From NCBI GenBank assembly GCA_963726265.1, contig CAVSBQ010000002.1, forward strand, positions 6,486 through 70,485: a stretch of 64,000 bases of DNA, given 5' to 3'. A program made the translations under genes and the position numbers. The notes beneath the pieces are model-generated. The model did not search any database. It saw nothing but the letters and a program-made list of their open reading frames with translations, and was not told where the DNA came from. Within the stretch, counting starts at the first letter, position 1; each line of letters opens with the position of its first letter. This stretch comes from Candidatus Aenigmatarchaeota archaeon. GTDB lineage: Archaea; Aenigmatarchaeota; Aenigmatarchaeia; QMZP01; QMZT01. This document shows positions 28,856-37,483 of this stretch, piece by piece.

Positions 28856-29299
28856 TTATGCTCCGCTTTCCTCTTTTTTCTCCTCGTGTTTCGCTTCTTT
28901 CTTCTCTTCCTTGTGCTCTTCCTTGCCGAAAAGCTTCGCGAGCGATTCCTTGCCGTACGCAATGGCTTTCATGTTGACCTGGACTATTTCCTCGGAAAGC
29001 GTGTTGCCCCTGATGATTTTTCGCCTTCGTTCGCCTTTCGTCGTCGGGTGGAAGCCCGTTCCGCCCGTGAGCAGCATCTTCTTCCTGCCGACGCCAATCA
29101 CCTCTGGTCGCATGGGGAAGCCCTGCTTGTCCGAGCCGCCGGTTATCTGGAATTCGTAACCCTGCATGCCCAGGAAATCGCCTTTTACCTTTTCGCCTAT
29201 TCTCCTGCCCAGAAGGCCGGATTCCTTTTCCCCGACTTCCTTCTGGAACGTTCGCTTCGTCTTCGGATCCGCTACAACTATCTTGAACACACAAACCAC
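28856..29299 (-). CDS. rps6e: 30S ribosomal protein S6e (the core is intact; a His/Lys/Glu-rich tail continues to ~28677 in other frames)
   Basis: FKIVVADPKTKRTFQKEV...GYEFQITGGSDKQGFPMRPEV...KGERRRKIIRGNTLSEEIVQVN is canonical S6e. Confidence 0.9.
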   Translation of the reverse strand: MVCVFKIVVADPKTKRTFQKEVGEKESGLLGRRIGEKVKGDFLGMQGYEFQITGGSDKQGFPMRPEVIGVGRKKMLLTGGTGFHPTTKGERRRKIIRGNTLSEEIVQVNMKAIAYGKESLAKLFGKEEHKEEKKEAKHEEKKEESGA

Positions 29300-29379
29300 C
29301 TCTCCTCAGGCAGGCCCATAATGCCGGGCCGTTCCGAGTTCTTTATACCTCTATAATTGGGCTCATCTTTTAAAAGCGT

Positions 29380-29677
29380 TTAGCGTTTATAGTGCAGGTC
29401 AGGCAGAGGGCAGGCAAGCGTCTTCTCAACATCCTCTTTATTCGCTCCTCTGACCAGTATGACCTTGTCCTTCGCCCTGAAGCCGCTCACGATTTCCACG
29501 TCCTTCCCCAGCAGCCGCTTCAGGCCTTTCACTATTTCGAGATTCGCCTTCCCCTCATGCGGCGGCGACGTGACTTCGAGAATAAGCTTGACCGTCTTTC
29601 CCGTAAAGGGCGAATTTCCTGGAGCCTGGCTTGACCCTTACCTCCAGCAGCACGCCGTCCCTGGTTTCCCTTATCAT
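29380..29677 (-). pseudogene. DUF167 (YggU-like) protein, one extra base
   Basis: MIRETRDGVLLEVRVKPGSRKFALYGKD is followed by a shift, then VKLILEVTSPPHEGKANLEIVKGLKRLLGKDVEIVSGFRAKDKVILVRG. The span is 298 nt (3n+1), and the extra base is at gac[g]gtc. Confidence 0.7.
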
Positions 29678-29715
29678 ATCAGTTCTTATTTTAATTTGAA
29701 ACAATATTAGTTATT

Positions 29716-30508
29716 ATGGATTTTGATGAAGGAGGGCTGTTCTCGAGGCAGATTCCGTTTCTCGGTGAGGAGAGGCAGGACGCGCTTTCTAAGGCGAAAG
29801 TCGCCGTCATCGGCGCCGGAGGCCTGGGCAGCTTCGTCTCCTCGCTGCTGGTGAGGGCAGGCGTCGGCGTCATCCGCATAATCGACCCTGACGTGGTCGA
29901 GCTTTCCAACCTTCCGAGAACGATTATATACAGGCAGAAGGATGCCGGCAAATCCAAGGCGTTCATACTCGCGGAGCGCCTGTCGGGCATTAACCCCGAT
30001 TCCAGGGTCGACGGGAAGATAGAGAGCTTCAATGCTTACAAAGCGGAAAAGCTGCTCGCGGGCTTCGGCGTGGTGGCCGACTGCACTGACAGCATGGCGT
30101 CACGCCACGAGATAAACAGGTTCTGCGTGGATAACAGGCTTCCGTGGGTTCACGGCGCGGTGACCAGGGACGAGGGCGTCTCAGCGACATTCGCAGCGGC
30201 GGAAGGCCGTGCTTCAACTGCCTCTATCACGACAAGATGGACGAGATGCGAATGAGGCGGAAAAAACAGGCGCAGTAAAAACCGGCGACGCCGGAGTCAT
30301 CGGCCCTGCTGTTGCGACCGTCGCGGCATGGCAGTCTATGGAAGTGATAAAGATAATCACGGGCCTGGCCGAACCGAATTATGGCAAGCTTTACAGACTG
30401 AAGCTCGGCAGGCCGGGCTTCGAGATTCTCGCGCTCAAACCCTGGGAGGACTGCGGCGTGTGCGGCAAGGACATGCTGAGCAGAAGGCTCAGGGACAAAG
30501 AGGGATAG
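29716..30508 (+). pseudogene. ThiF/MoeB/HesA-family E1-like adenylyltransferase, two frame disruptions (~30,195 and ~30,250)
   Basis: KVAVIGAGGLGSFVSSLLVRAGVGVIRIIDPDVVELSNLPR is the Rossmann/E1 motif. The CFNCLY Cys motif falls in the middle frame. The C-terminal part reads GVIGPAVATVAAWQSMEVIKIITG ... CGVCG. Confidence 0.75.
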
Positions 30509-30511
30509 ACG

Positions 30512-31661
30512 ATGCTCAGGAAAATGTTCAGGAAAAAAATAATCATCAAATACGGCGAGCTCTGGCTGAAATCAGAGCCGGTGCGCATGCGCTTTTTGGA
30601 AACGCTCGCCTGACAACGTGAGAAGCCAGCTCAAGCGGGCTGGGGTAAGGGACTTCAGACTGGAGAAAGACGAGGGACATGCTGATTCTCGAGTGCACGC
30701 ACAGGAAATGCCCCGAGGTTCTCGGAAAGGTTTTCGGGGTTTCATGGTTCGCTTTCGCAGTTGAGACGCAGCCGACGATGAAGGCGATAGAGAAGCCCGT
30801 GCTCGCGCTCGCGAAAAAAATCGGCAGGGAGCAGACCTTCGCCGTCCGCGCGAGCAGGAGCGACAAGACGCTCGCCGTTCACCAGCAAGGACGTCGAGAA
30901 CAGGATGGGCGCCAAGATAAGGAGGAAGGTCGACCTTTCGAAGCCCGACGTCACGCTTTTCATCGAGTTCAGAAAGGACAGGGCTTATGTTTATTCGGAA
31001 AAGATAAGGGGCGCGGGAGGGCTTCCATACGGCGTTACGGGCAAGGTCCTGTCGCTCATTTCAGGAGGCATCGATTCGCCCGTCGCGAGCTGGCTCATGA
31101 TGAAACGCGGCTGCTCGGTCGATTTCGTTCACTTCAACGCCGTGGAAAGCGATGTCGCGAAACTCAAAGGCCTGGTGAAGAAACTCGGCGAATATGCGCC
31201 CGCGAAGCTCGCGCTTCACGCAGTGCCTTTCGCGATCTGTCCAGGAGGCGATTGTGAAGCACTGCGAGCGCCGCTTCACCTGCGTGCTCTGCAAGAGGCT
31301 CATGTACAAGGCCGCGGCGCAGCTCGCGGAAACGACGAAAGCGAAGGCGTTGGTGACTGGCGAAAACTTGGCCCAGGTCGCTTCCCAGACGCTGGACAAT
31401 CTCGTCGCGAATGACGATGCGGTTTCGCTGCCGCTTTTCAGGCCGCTGCTGTGCATGGACAAGGAGGAGACCATCATCCTCGCGAAGAAAATCGGGACAT
31501 ATGACCTCTCGATAAAGCAGGCGCACGCATGCAGGTTCGTGCCGCGCAAGCCGGCCACTGCCGCAAAAAGCGGAGTCCTCGTGCGCGAGGAAAAGAGGAT
31601 AAAGCAGCTGGACAGAATCGTAAAGAAGGCGGTAAGCTCGCCGATAAAAACGCTGGTGTGA
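30512..31661 (+). pseudogene. thiI: tRNA 4-thiouridine synthase ThiI, four frame disruptions
   Basis: IIIKYGELWLKSEPVR is the N-terminal ferredoxin-like/THUMP start. VLSLISGGIDSPVASWLMMKRG is the PP-loop SGGxDS. LVTGENLAQVASQTLDNL is also present. The frames change at ~30,609, ~30,676, ~30,876 and ~31,240. Confidence 0.85.
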
Positions 31662-31663
31662 AA

Positions 31664-32177
31664 ATGGCCAAAAAGAAAAAGTTCAGGAATGCGCTTTTCA
31701 TCGGCCGCTTCCAGCCGTTCCACGACGGCCATCTCAAGGTCATCCAGGACATCGCGCAGGAAAGCGAGGCGCTCGTCATAGTCATCGCAGGCCCCGCCCG
31801 GCCGGACCGCAGGAATCCCTTCTCGTTCAAAGAGCGGAAGCGCATGGTTCAGCTCGCGCTGCGCGGCGAAGGGATAAAATATTCGATACACGAGACCCAT
31901 GACGTCAACGACGACGGGAGATGGAACAGGCACGTCAAAAAGTTCGGCCGCTTCGACGTCGCGTATTCTCGCAATCCCTGGACGGCGCGCTGTCTCAAGG
32001 CGCTTGGCATCCCCGTGAAAAAGCACAGGTTCTACGAGCGCTACAAGAACTGCGGCAGGGAAATAAGAAAGCGCATCCTGCACGGGAAGCGCTGGGATTC
32101 TCTGGTGCCGCAGGCTGTTTACAGCGTACGTCAGGAAAATAAACGGCGAGGCAAGGCTGAAAACAATATGCAAATAA
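31664..32177 (+). pseudogene. nicotinamide-nucleotide adenylyltransferase (archaeal NMNAT type), C-terminal frame disruption (~32,125)
   Basis: ALFIGRFQPFHDGHLKVI is the (H/T)xGH motif. After ...WDSLVPQAVY the plausible ending YVRKINGEARLKTICK* lies in the +1 frame. The span is 3n+1. Confidence 0.75.
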
Positions 32178-32202
32178 AAATCTTAGCCGCGTTTAATACC
32201 TT

Positions 32203-32403
32203 ATGGGTTCCGTTTCTGATGGTGATTCGAAAAGCCTGCATCTTAAATGCTGGTGCGGGCATGAATATGATGTTCCGAACAACCTCGTCTTAATGGATGA
32301 TGGCCTGACCCATCAATACAACATATCTGGCAAATGTCCTAGTTGCGGAAAAGAAAGCGATCATAATTTGCTGTATGATTCCAAAACAAGAAACTTGACA
32401 TAA
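32203..32403 (+). CDS. small zinc-ribbon-like protein
   Basis: 66-aa ORF with CWCGH ... CPSCG. It lies at the left edge of the low-GC islet. Confidence 0.4.
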   Translation: MGSVSDGDSKSLHLKCWCGHEYDVPNNLVLMDDGLTHQYNISGKCPSCGKESDHNLLYDSKTRNLT

Positions 32404-32542
32404 CGCTTGCGTGAATTCTCCGGCCGCGTTCCCGGTAAAAACCGCTATACTTCGTCCAAATTTATGGGTTTTCATAAAAAGAGACAAATATTATCACCCT
32501 CAGTCTTTATATATTTTATTTCTAACTTATTAGTAATAAATT

Positions 32543-34141
32543 ATGAAAAAAAGGAAATATGAAGATGGAGAAGGTCAGAAAATAGCTGCTCAGAAAGTTC
32601 GTGACCTGTTAAAAAGGTTGGATATTTCCGAAGAAAAGATACCTGATGAACTGAGCGCAAGACTATTTTACGATAATGGAGCGGCGTCTCTCCTTTCTAT
32701 TGCCTATAACAGTTCAACTATAAGGGCAATTGAGGCTGCATATCCTGGTAAATTCAAACCTTGGCAGTTCAAACGAAAACCAAAAGGCATATGGCAGGGG
32801 GGAAATGCTTACAAAAATGCAGCGGAAGCAACCAGATGGCTGGTGGAGGAAAAACTCAAAATTTCTCTCAAAAAAGCCTCAAAAAAGGTAACCAGAGATG
32901 TTTTCACAGAATATGGATTATCTGGGATGTTAGATACCCTCTTTGGTGGGAACCCTTATCGTGCACTAGTCAATGCCTACCCCAAACTATATAAAGTTAG
33001 TGATGTTCAAAAAACTGAAAAGAGGGGAATAGAATCCACGGAAATTAGTGATGACGATAAAGAATTTATAATTAAGAGATTTGAGCCATTAGCAAAGTAT
33101 TTGGCTTCCAAATATTTGCATCAGACCAAGTCATTAAAATATGATGATTTGGTTCAGATGGGTAGGATTGGAGTTTACTTTGCTGTAAGAGATTTAGGCT
33201 TAACCAAAAAAAACTTCAAGAGATTCAGCAGACAAATAAAATATTACATAATCAATACAGTGAGAGATGCTATCAATAAAGGATACGACAGAATACTTGA
33301 TTTCTCATGCAGTGTGGATGACTATGTCTTCGAAAATAACAAAAAAAGATCTCTCGTGGAGATAATAACTGAAAAACACAAGGAACTTTTTGGTGAAAGA
33401 ATTTTAACTTCCAAAGAAAGGAATTTGAGGTTCTATGGCATCTTAGAAAGGGGACTTTCTAAAGAGGAATACGAAAAATTAAAGGAGGAAATAGCAAAAA
33501 CCATTACGAGACTAGAAACGAGAATGGCTAATATCTCTTGGGATCCTATGGACGAGGCTTTGGAATTTGTTAGAAAATATGCACCTCGTCATAAAAATAC
33601 CCAGAAATGGGAACTTGGAAAACGTACAAATCTATGGGGAGGAGGAGCGGGAAGAAGGTTGGCAAAACAAGCTATACGTTACCTGTTTGAAGAAAAGCTA
33701 AAAATCCCAGAGGAAACAATCCCAGAGGTTACAAGTAGCCGTCTATTTCACGATAATGGATTGGGTGGTATGCTGCTTCAACTTTACGATGGTATGTCAT
33801 TTTTAGCAGTAAGTGATGCTTATCCAAATAAATTCAAACCTTGGGAATTTAAAAACAGACCGCATCTATGGGGAACTAAGGATGGAATGAAATACGCGGC
33901 GGAAGCAACCAGATGGCTGGTGGAGGAAAAACTGGGGATTCCGCCAAATGAGGCATTGAAAAAAGTCAAAGCACAGGACTTCAAAGATTATAGATTATGG
34001 GGGATGCTGATGACACTTTTTAAAGGTGATGGTGGATACCATCATGCCATTTTAAATGCCTATCCTGAATTAGTCCAAGCGGATCAGCCTACTGGAGATA
34101 TAAATCCACATATAAGAAAATCTAATAATAGCTATAGATGA
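32543..34141 (+). CDS. protein with a sigma-70-like core (regions 2 and 4-like) flanked by two copies of a ~145-aa unknown domain
   Basis: Intact 532-aa ORF in a low-GC region. The centre reads LAKYLASKYLHQTKSLKYDDLVQMGRIGVYFAVRDLG..FKRFSRQIKYYIINTVRDAI (compare sigma-70 r2 ..KY....L.DLIQEGNIGL..AV.KF...FSTYA...I..AI) and LTSKERNLRFYG...TITRLETR (compare r4 L..RE..VL.LRFG...RIRQIE). N-terminal aa ~20-165 and C-terminal aa ~370-515 are paralogous. An exact 35-nt repeat lies at 32822-32856 and 33899-33933 (AAEATRWLVEEKL). Confidence 0.75.
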   Translation: MKKRKYEDGEGQKIAAQKVRDLLKRLDISEEKIPDELSARLFYDNGAASLLSIAYNSSTIRAIEAAYPGKFKPWQFKRKPKGIWQGGNAYKNAAEATRWLVEEKLKISLKKASKKVTRDVFTEYGLSGMLDTLFGGNPYRALVNAYPKLYKVSDVQKTEKRGIESTEISDDDKEFIIKRFEPLAKYLASKYLHQTKSLKYDDLVQMGRIGVYFAVRDLGLTKKNFKRFSRQIKYYIINTVRDAINKGYDRILDFSCSVDDYVFENNKKRSLVEIITEKHKELFGERILTSKERNLRFYGILERGLSKEEYEKLKEEIAKTITRLETRMANISWDPMDEALEFVRKYAPRHKNTQKWELGKRTNLWGGGAGRRLAKQAIRYLFEEKLKIPEETIPEVTSSRLFHDNGLGGMLLQLYDGMSFLAVSDAYPNKFKPWEFKNRPHLWGTKDGMKYAAEATRWLVEEKLGIPPNEALKKVKAQDFKDYRLWGMLMTLFKGDGGYHHAILNAYPELVQADQPTGDINPHIRKSNNSYR

Positions 34142-34220
34142 AATAAATCAAGATTGGAATTCTATTTAGGAAGGGCTAAAGCCTTAAGAAAAAATGCCGT
34201 ATGCGCCGGCCGCGGACTTA

Positions 34221-34715
34221 TTATTTGCCCAGGACTTTCCCGCTCGTGTCGATTTCCTTTGCGCGTATCCTCGTCGATGAAATCCTTTCCCGGTCGTCTG
34301 AAAGTTCCGCGGGCACGCCGAATATATAAACTTCGTAAAGACCGCTTTCCCTCCTTCTCAGATTAAGTTTGTATGCCTTGGCCAGGGAGTCTTGGCCTAC
34401 AATCATGACCTCGCTGAGATTTCGAAATTTGCAACTGGTGCAGTCCTCTTTGCCGTCAAGCGGCAGTATCTCGAATCTGCCTCCGTAAAATTGATACAGA
34501 TGTTCGTACAACTTCCCGAATCTCTCGTCATAAGGTTGTATCAATTCCCGGAAATGCTTTTTTGAGAATTCACCAATATATCTGTCAGTCGTGAGTCTTA
34601 CGACAACGCTGTCGGAAAGATTGAATGCATAACTGAACAACTTTTTGTGGCCTTCATGCAGGGGTCCGTAAGTCCCTCCCGTGCAGGCGCAGATGAACAT
34701 GCGGGGGTCCTTCAT
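34221..34715 (-). CDS. archaeal-type phosphopantetheine adenylyltransferase-like cytidylyltransferase (paralog 1, lower GC)
   Basis: CACTGGTYGPLHEGHKKLF is the (T/H)xGH nucleotidyltransferase motif. The C-terminus reads ISSTRIRAKEIDTSGKVLGK. Confidence 0.7.
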   Translation of the reverse strand: MKDPRMFICACTGGTYGPLHEGHKKLFSYAFNLSDSVVVRLTTDRYIGEFSKKHFRELIQPYDERFGKLYEHLYQFYGGRFEILPLDGKEDCTSCKFRNLSEVMIVGQDSLAKAYKLNLRRRESGLYEVYIFGVPAELSDDRERISSTRIRAKEIDTSGKVLGK

Positions 34716-34812
34716 AGTGAAACATTGGCAAAAAATTTTAAAAATAGCTCATTTCCCTAAAATCTTCCCATGCTTGTCGATTTCATTCGCCCTTCAGGAA
34801 ATCGCTCTGACT

Positions 34813-35304
34813 TCACTTTCTTCCTTTCAGGATTTTCCCGCTCCTGTTGATTTCATTCGCACTTATGCGCGTCGACGAGATGGGCGCCCTGTCGGAGGCC
34901 AGGATCATGCCGATTTGCACTATTTCCAGCGGCTTCATGCCGTAGTCCTCGCGGATGAGGTTTATGCCTCTCGCGCCTGCTATGGTATCGCCGCTGACGA
35001 TTATCGCCTCTATGCCCTTCTTCGGGTCGAGCACCTCGGGCGAGAAAAAATTCTCCAGCGGCGAAATGCGGTAGCGTTTTTTATCTGCTTTTATGGAAGC
35101 CATGAATTTCACAAGACTCGCTTTCCTTTTCTCGAATTCGCTCACCCCGCGCTTGCCCCTGCGCATGGCGTACTCATCGCTCGACAGGCCGATGTAGCAG
35201 AACTGCGCGACCTCAAACGCCTTTCTGATCAGCGCCTCGTGGCCCTTGTGCAAAGGGACGTCGAAAGTCCCGCCGAAGCAGGCGGCCTTGTATTTCTTCT
35301 TCAT
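34813..35304 (-). CDS. archaeal-type phosphopantetheine adenylyltransferase (paralog 2)
   Basis: ACFGGTFDVPLHKGHEALI and ISSTRISANEINRSGKIL are present. The protein is 163 aa, as expected for the archaeal PPAT (COG1019-like) family. Confidence 0.75.
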   Translation of the reverse strand: MKKKYKAACFGGTFDVPLHKGHEALIRKAFEVAQFCYIGLSSDEYAMRRGKRGVSEFEKRKASLVKFMASIKADKKRYRISPLENFFSPEVLDPKKGIEAIIVSGDTIAGARGINLIREDYGMKPLEIVQIGMILASDRAPISSTRISANEINRSGKILKGRK

Positions 35305-35361
35305 GACACAGACTTCCCTTCCTGCTTTAAAAAATTAATTAGCGGATGAAGCCAATTATTA

Positions 35362-35979
35362 ATGGATATAATGGTGCACGAGATACTGATTGTCACGATT
35401 TCGCTCTTCGCGATTGTCGACCCGATAGCGGCGATTCCCGTTTTCGTGTCGTTCTTCGGCGGCTTCGACGCGAAGAGGAGGAAGAAAGCGGCCACAGAGG
35501 CGGTGGTCGCGGCCTTCGTGCTCCTAGTCGTTTTCGCTGCGGGAGGCATGGCCCTGCTTTCATACCTCAACATCTCGATTTCCGCGTTCATGATAGCCGG
35601 CGGCCTTCTTCTCCTGTTCCTGTCCTTCGAGTTCCTGCTGGGAGAGCTGCCCAAGTCGAGGAGGGTGGAGAGCGACCCGAGCGACGCGATCGTCCCCATA
35701 GGCACGCCGCTCCTGACAGGGCCGGGAGCGATAACTTCGGCGATATTCTTTACCCATTTGTATGGCTTCCTGGTCACTTTCATAGCGATAGTCATCGTCA
35801 TGGTCGTTTCCTTCGTCGCGCTTTACGCCAGCAACAAGATAGCTGTGATTGTCGGCAAGAACGGCCTGAGGGTCATAACCAGGATAATGGGCCTGATAAC
35901 CGCCGCGATAGCCATCAGCCTGATAGAAAAGGCGCTTGTTGCCTACGGGGTTATCTCTGCAGTTGCGCCTGCCTTATAA
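35362..35979 (+). CDS. MarC/UPF0056 family integral membrane protein
   Basis: FAIVDPIAAIPVFVSF ... IVPIGTPLLTGPGAITS with 6 TM segments is typical of the MarC family. Confidence 0.8.
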   Translation: MDIMVHEILIVTISLFAIVDPIAAIPVFVSFFGGFDAKRRKKAATEAVVAAFVLLVVFAAGGMALLSYLNISISAFMIAGGLLLLFLSFEFLLGELPKSRRVESDPSDAIVPIGTPLLTGPGAITSAIFFTHLYGFLVTFIAIVIVMVVSFVALYASNKIAVIVGKNGLRVITRIMGLITAAIAISLIEKALVAYGVISAVAPAL

Positions 35980-36285
35980 GGCTCTTATAACAGGGCCCTA
36001 GCGCCATTTATAAACCCTGCCCTTTTTACGCTTTATAAATGATGTGGCGATATATAGCGTTTTTAGGCTCATATTTTGCTTTAAAAAGGCTTTCTGGCGC
36101 GAAACGGCCCGGATGGCTGGAAATCCCAGTGTTCACAGGATAATATTAATATCATATTCACATATAGACATTTTAAAATGTATATAGTCACCAATAGAAA
36201 AGTATATAAGTATCTTCATATAAATTATAAATTGCCCGCGTGAATGTTCGATTAAAGAAAGATAAATGGGGATGGGTGATGGGGA

Positions 36286-37329
36286 ATGGAGATAGACAAC
36301 ACGACTGATTTCGAGGCGCACCAGGCCAAGATCATGGTTTTTGGCTGTGGTGGAGGCGGTTCCAATACGATATCGAGACTCACTAACATGGACATACAGG
36401 GAGCGGTCACGATAGCAGCCAACACCGACGCCAGGCACCTTGCGGTTACGAAAGCGCACAAAAAGATACTGCTGGGAAAGGACATTACAAGGGGCCTTGG
36501 GGCGGGCGGTTATCCCGAAGTGGGAAAAAGGGCCGCCGAGGAATCGAAGGACGAGATAAGAAGGACGCTTACGGGTTGCGATTTGCTGTTCGTTACATGC
36601 GGTCTTGGAGGCGGAACAGGGACGGGCTCGGCACCGGTTGTGGCGAATATTGCGAAGGAACTGGGAGCGATAGTCATAGCCGCAGTCACACTGCCTTTCA
36701 AGATGGAAGGCGCGCGGGTCGGGAAGGCCGAGGACGGGCTTGTCAACCTCAGGGACGCTTGCGACACGGTAATCGTGATAGAGAACCAGAAGCTGGTCCA
36801 GCTGGCCGGAAGCAGGCCACTGGGAGAGGCTTTCGCAGTCGCGGACGGCCTCATAGCGACGATGATAAAGGGCGTTACGGAGACGATATCACAGCCCTCG
36901 CTGGTGAACCTGGACTACGCGGACGTCAAGACCATAATGCATTCCGGCGGAGTCGCGACGATCGGCGTAGGAGTTTCGGACACGAAGAACCGCGCTTACG
37001 AGGTCGTCGAGCAGGCCATGAAGAATCCGCTGCTTGACGTGGACTACGAAGGCGCCACAGGCGCGCTGATACAGGTGATCGGCGGAGACGACATGACGCT
37101 TGATGAGATAAACGTCGTGGGAGAGAGCATATCCAAGAAGATGAACCCCGACGCGACGGTCATGTGGGGCGCGAGGATCCTGCCTGAATTCAAGGGCAAG
37201 CTGCAGGTAATAACGATAATAACCGGAGTGAAGTCGCCTTACATAATGGGCAAGTGCCAGGAAGTCAAGCAGGCCAGGTCAGTTGCCGAGAACTTTTCGA
37301 AGGAGTTCGGCATCAGGGTTTACGCTTGA
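36286..37329 (+). CDS. ftsZ: cell division GTPase FtsZ
   Basis: The motifs FGCGGGGSNTISRL, the tubulin signature GLGGGTGTGSAPVVA, and NLDYADVKT are present. Confidence 0.95.
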   Translation: MEIDNTTDFEAHQAKIMVFGCGGGGSNTISRLTNMDIQGAVTIAANTDARHLAVTKAHKKILLGKDITRGLGAGGYPEVGKRAAEESKDEIRRTLTGCDLLFVTCGLGGGTGTGSAPVVANIAKELGAIVIAAVTLPFKMEGARVGKAEDGLVNLRDACDTVIVIENQKLVQLAGSRPLGEAFAVADGLIATMIKGVTETISQPSLVNLDYADVKTIMHSGGVATIGVGVSDTKNRAYEVVEQAMKNPLLDVDYEGATGALIQVIGGDDMTLDEINVVGESISKKMNPDATVMWGARILPEFKGKLQVITIITGVKSPYIMGKCQEVKQARSVAENFSKEFGIRVYA

Positions 37330-37375
37330 AGCGCTCAGACACACCTAGGACATATCATTAGTTACATGAAGGGAG

Positions 37376-37420
37376 GGGAGGCTGTAGGCCTCCCTTTCCC
37401 TTTCATTTTCTTCTTTTTCC
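37376..37420 (+). terminator. hairpin (GGGAGGC-tgtag-GCCTCCC) followed by a T-rich tract downstream of ftsZ
   Basis: A 7-bp GC stem is seen directly and is followed by tttccctttcattttcttctttttcc. Archaeal termination commonly uses oligo-T tracts. Confidence 0.4.
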
Positions 37421-37483
37421 GCGTTTTTTGTTTAAACGCGCGTTTAAACATAACTTCTTAATTCCCTTCTGGGAATTTTATGC

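Noticed and set aside
28638-29159. Plus-strand ORFs (173 aa, 96 aa and 188 aa) rich in Phe/Leu/Ser/Cys opposite the S6e gene and its tail.
   Set aside because: They are antisense translations of the Lys/Glu/His-rich coding repeat (ttc/ctt-rich). The S6e identity of the minus strand is unambiguous.
27741-32177. Programmed ribosomal frameshifting or another recoding mechanism as the explanation for the many frame changes.
   Set aside because: The sites share no slippery heptamer or common context. Both homopolymer and non-homopolymer sites occur. Several genes need multiple shifts. Indels, whether real or artefactual, are the simpler explanation.
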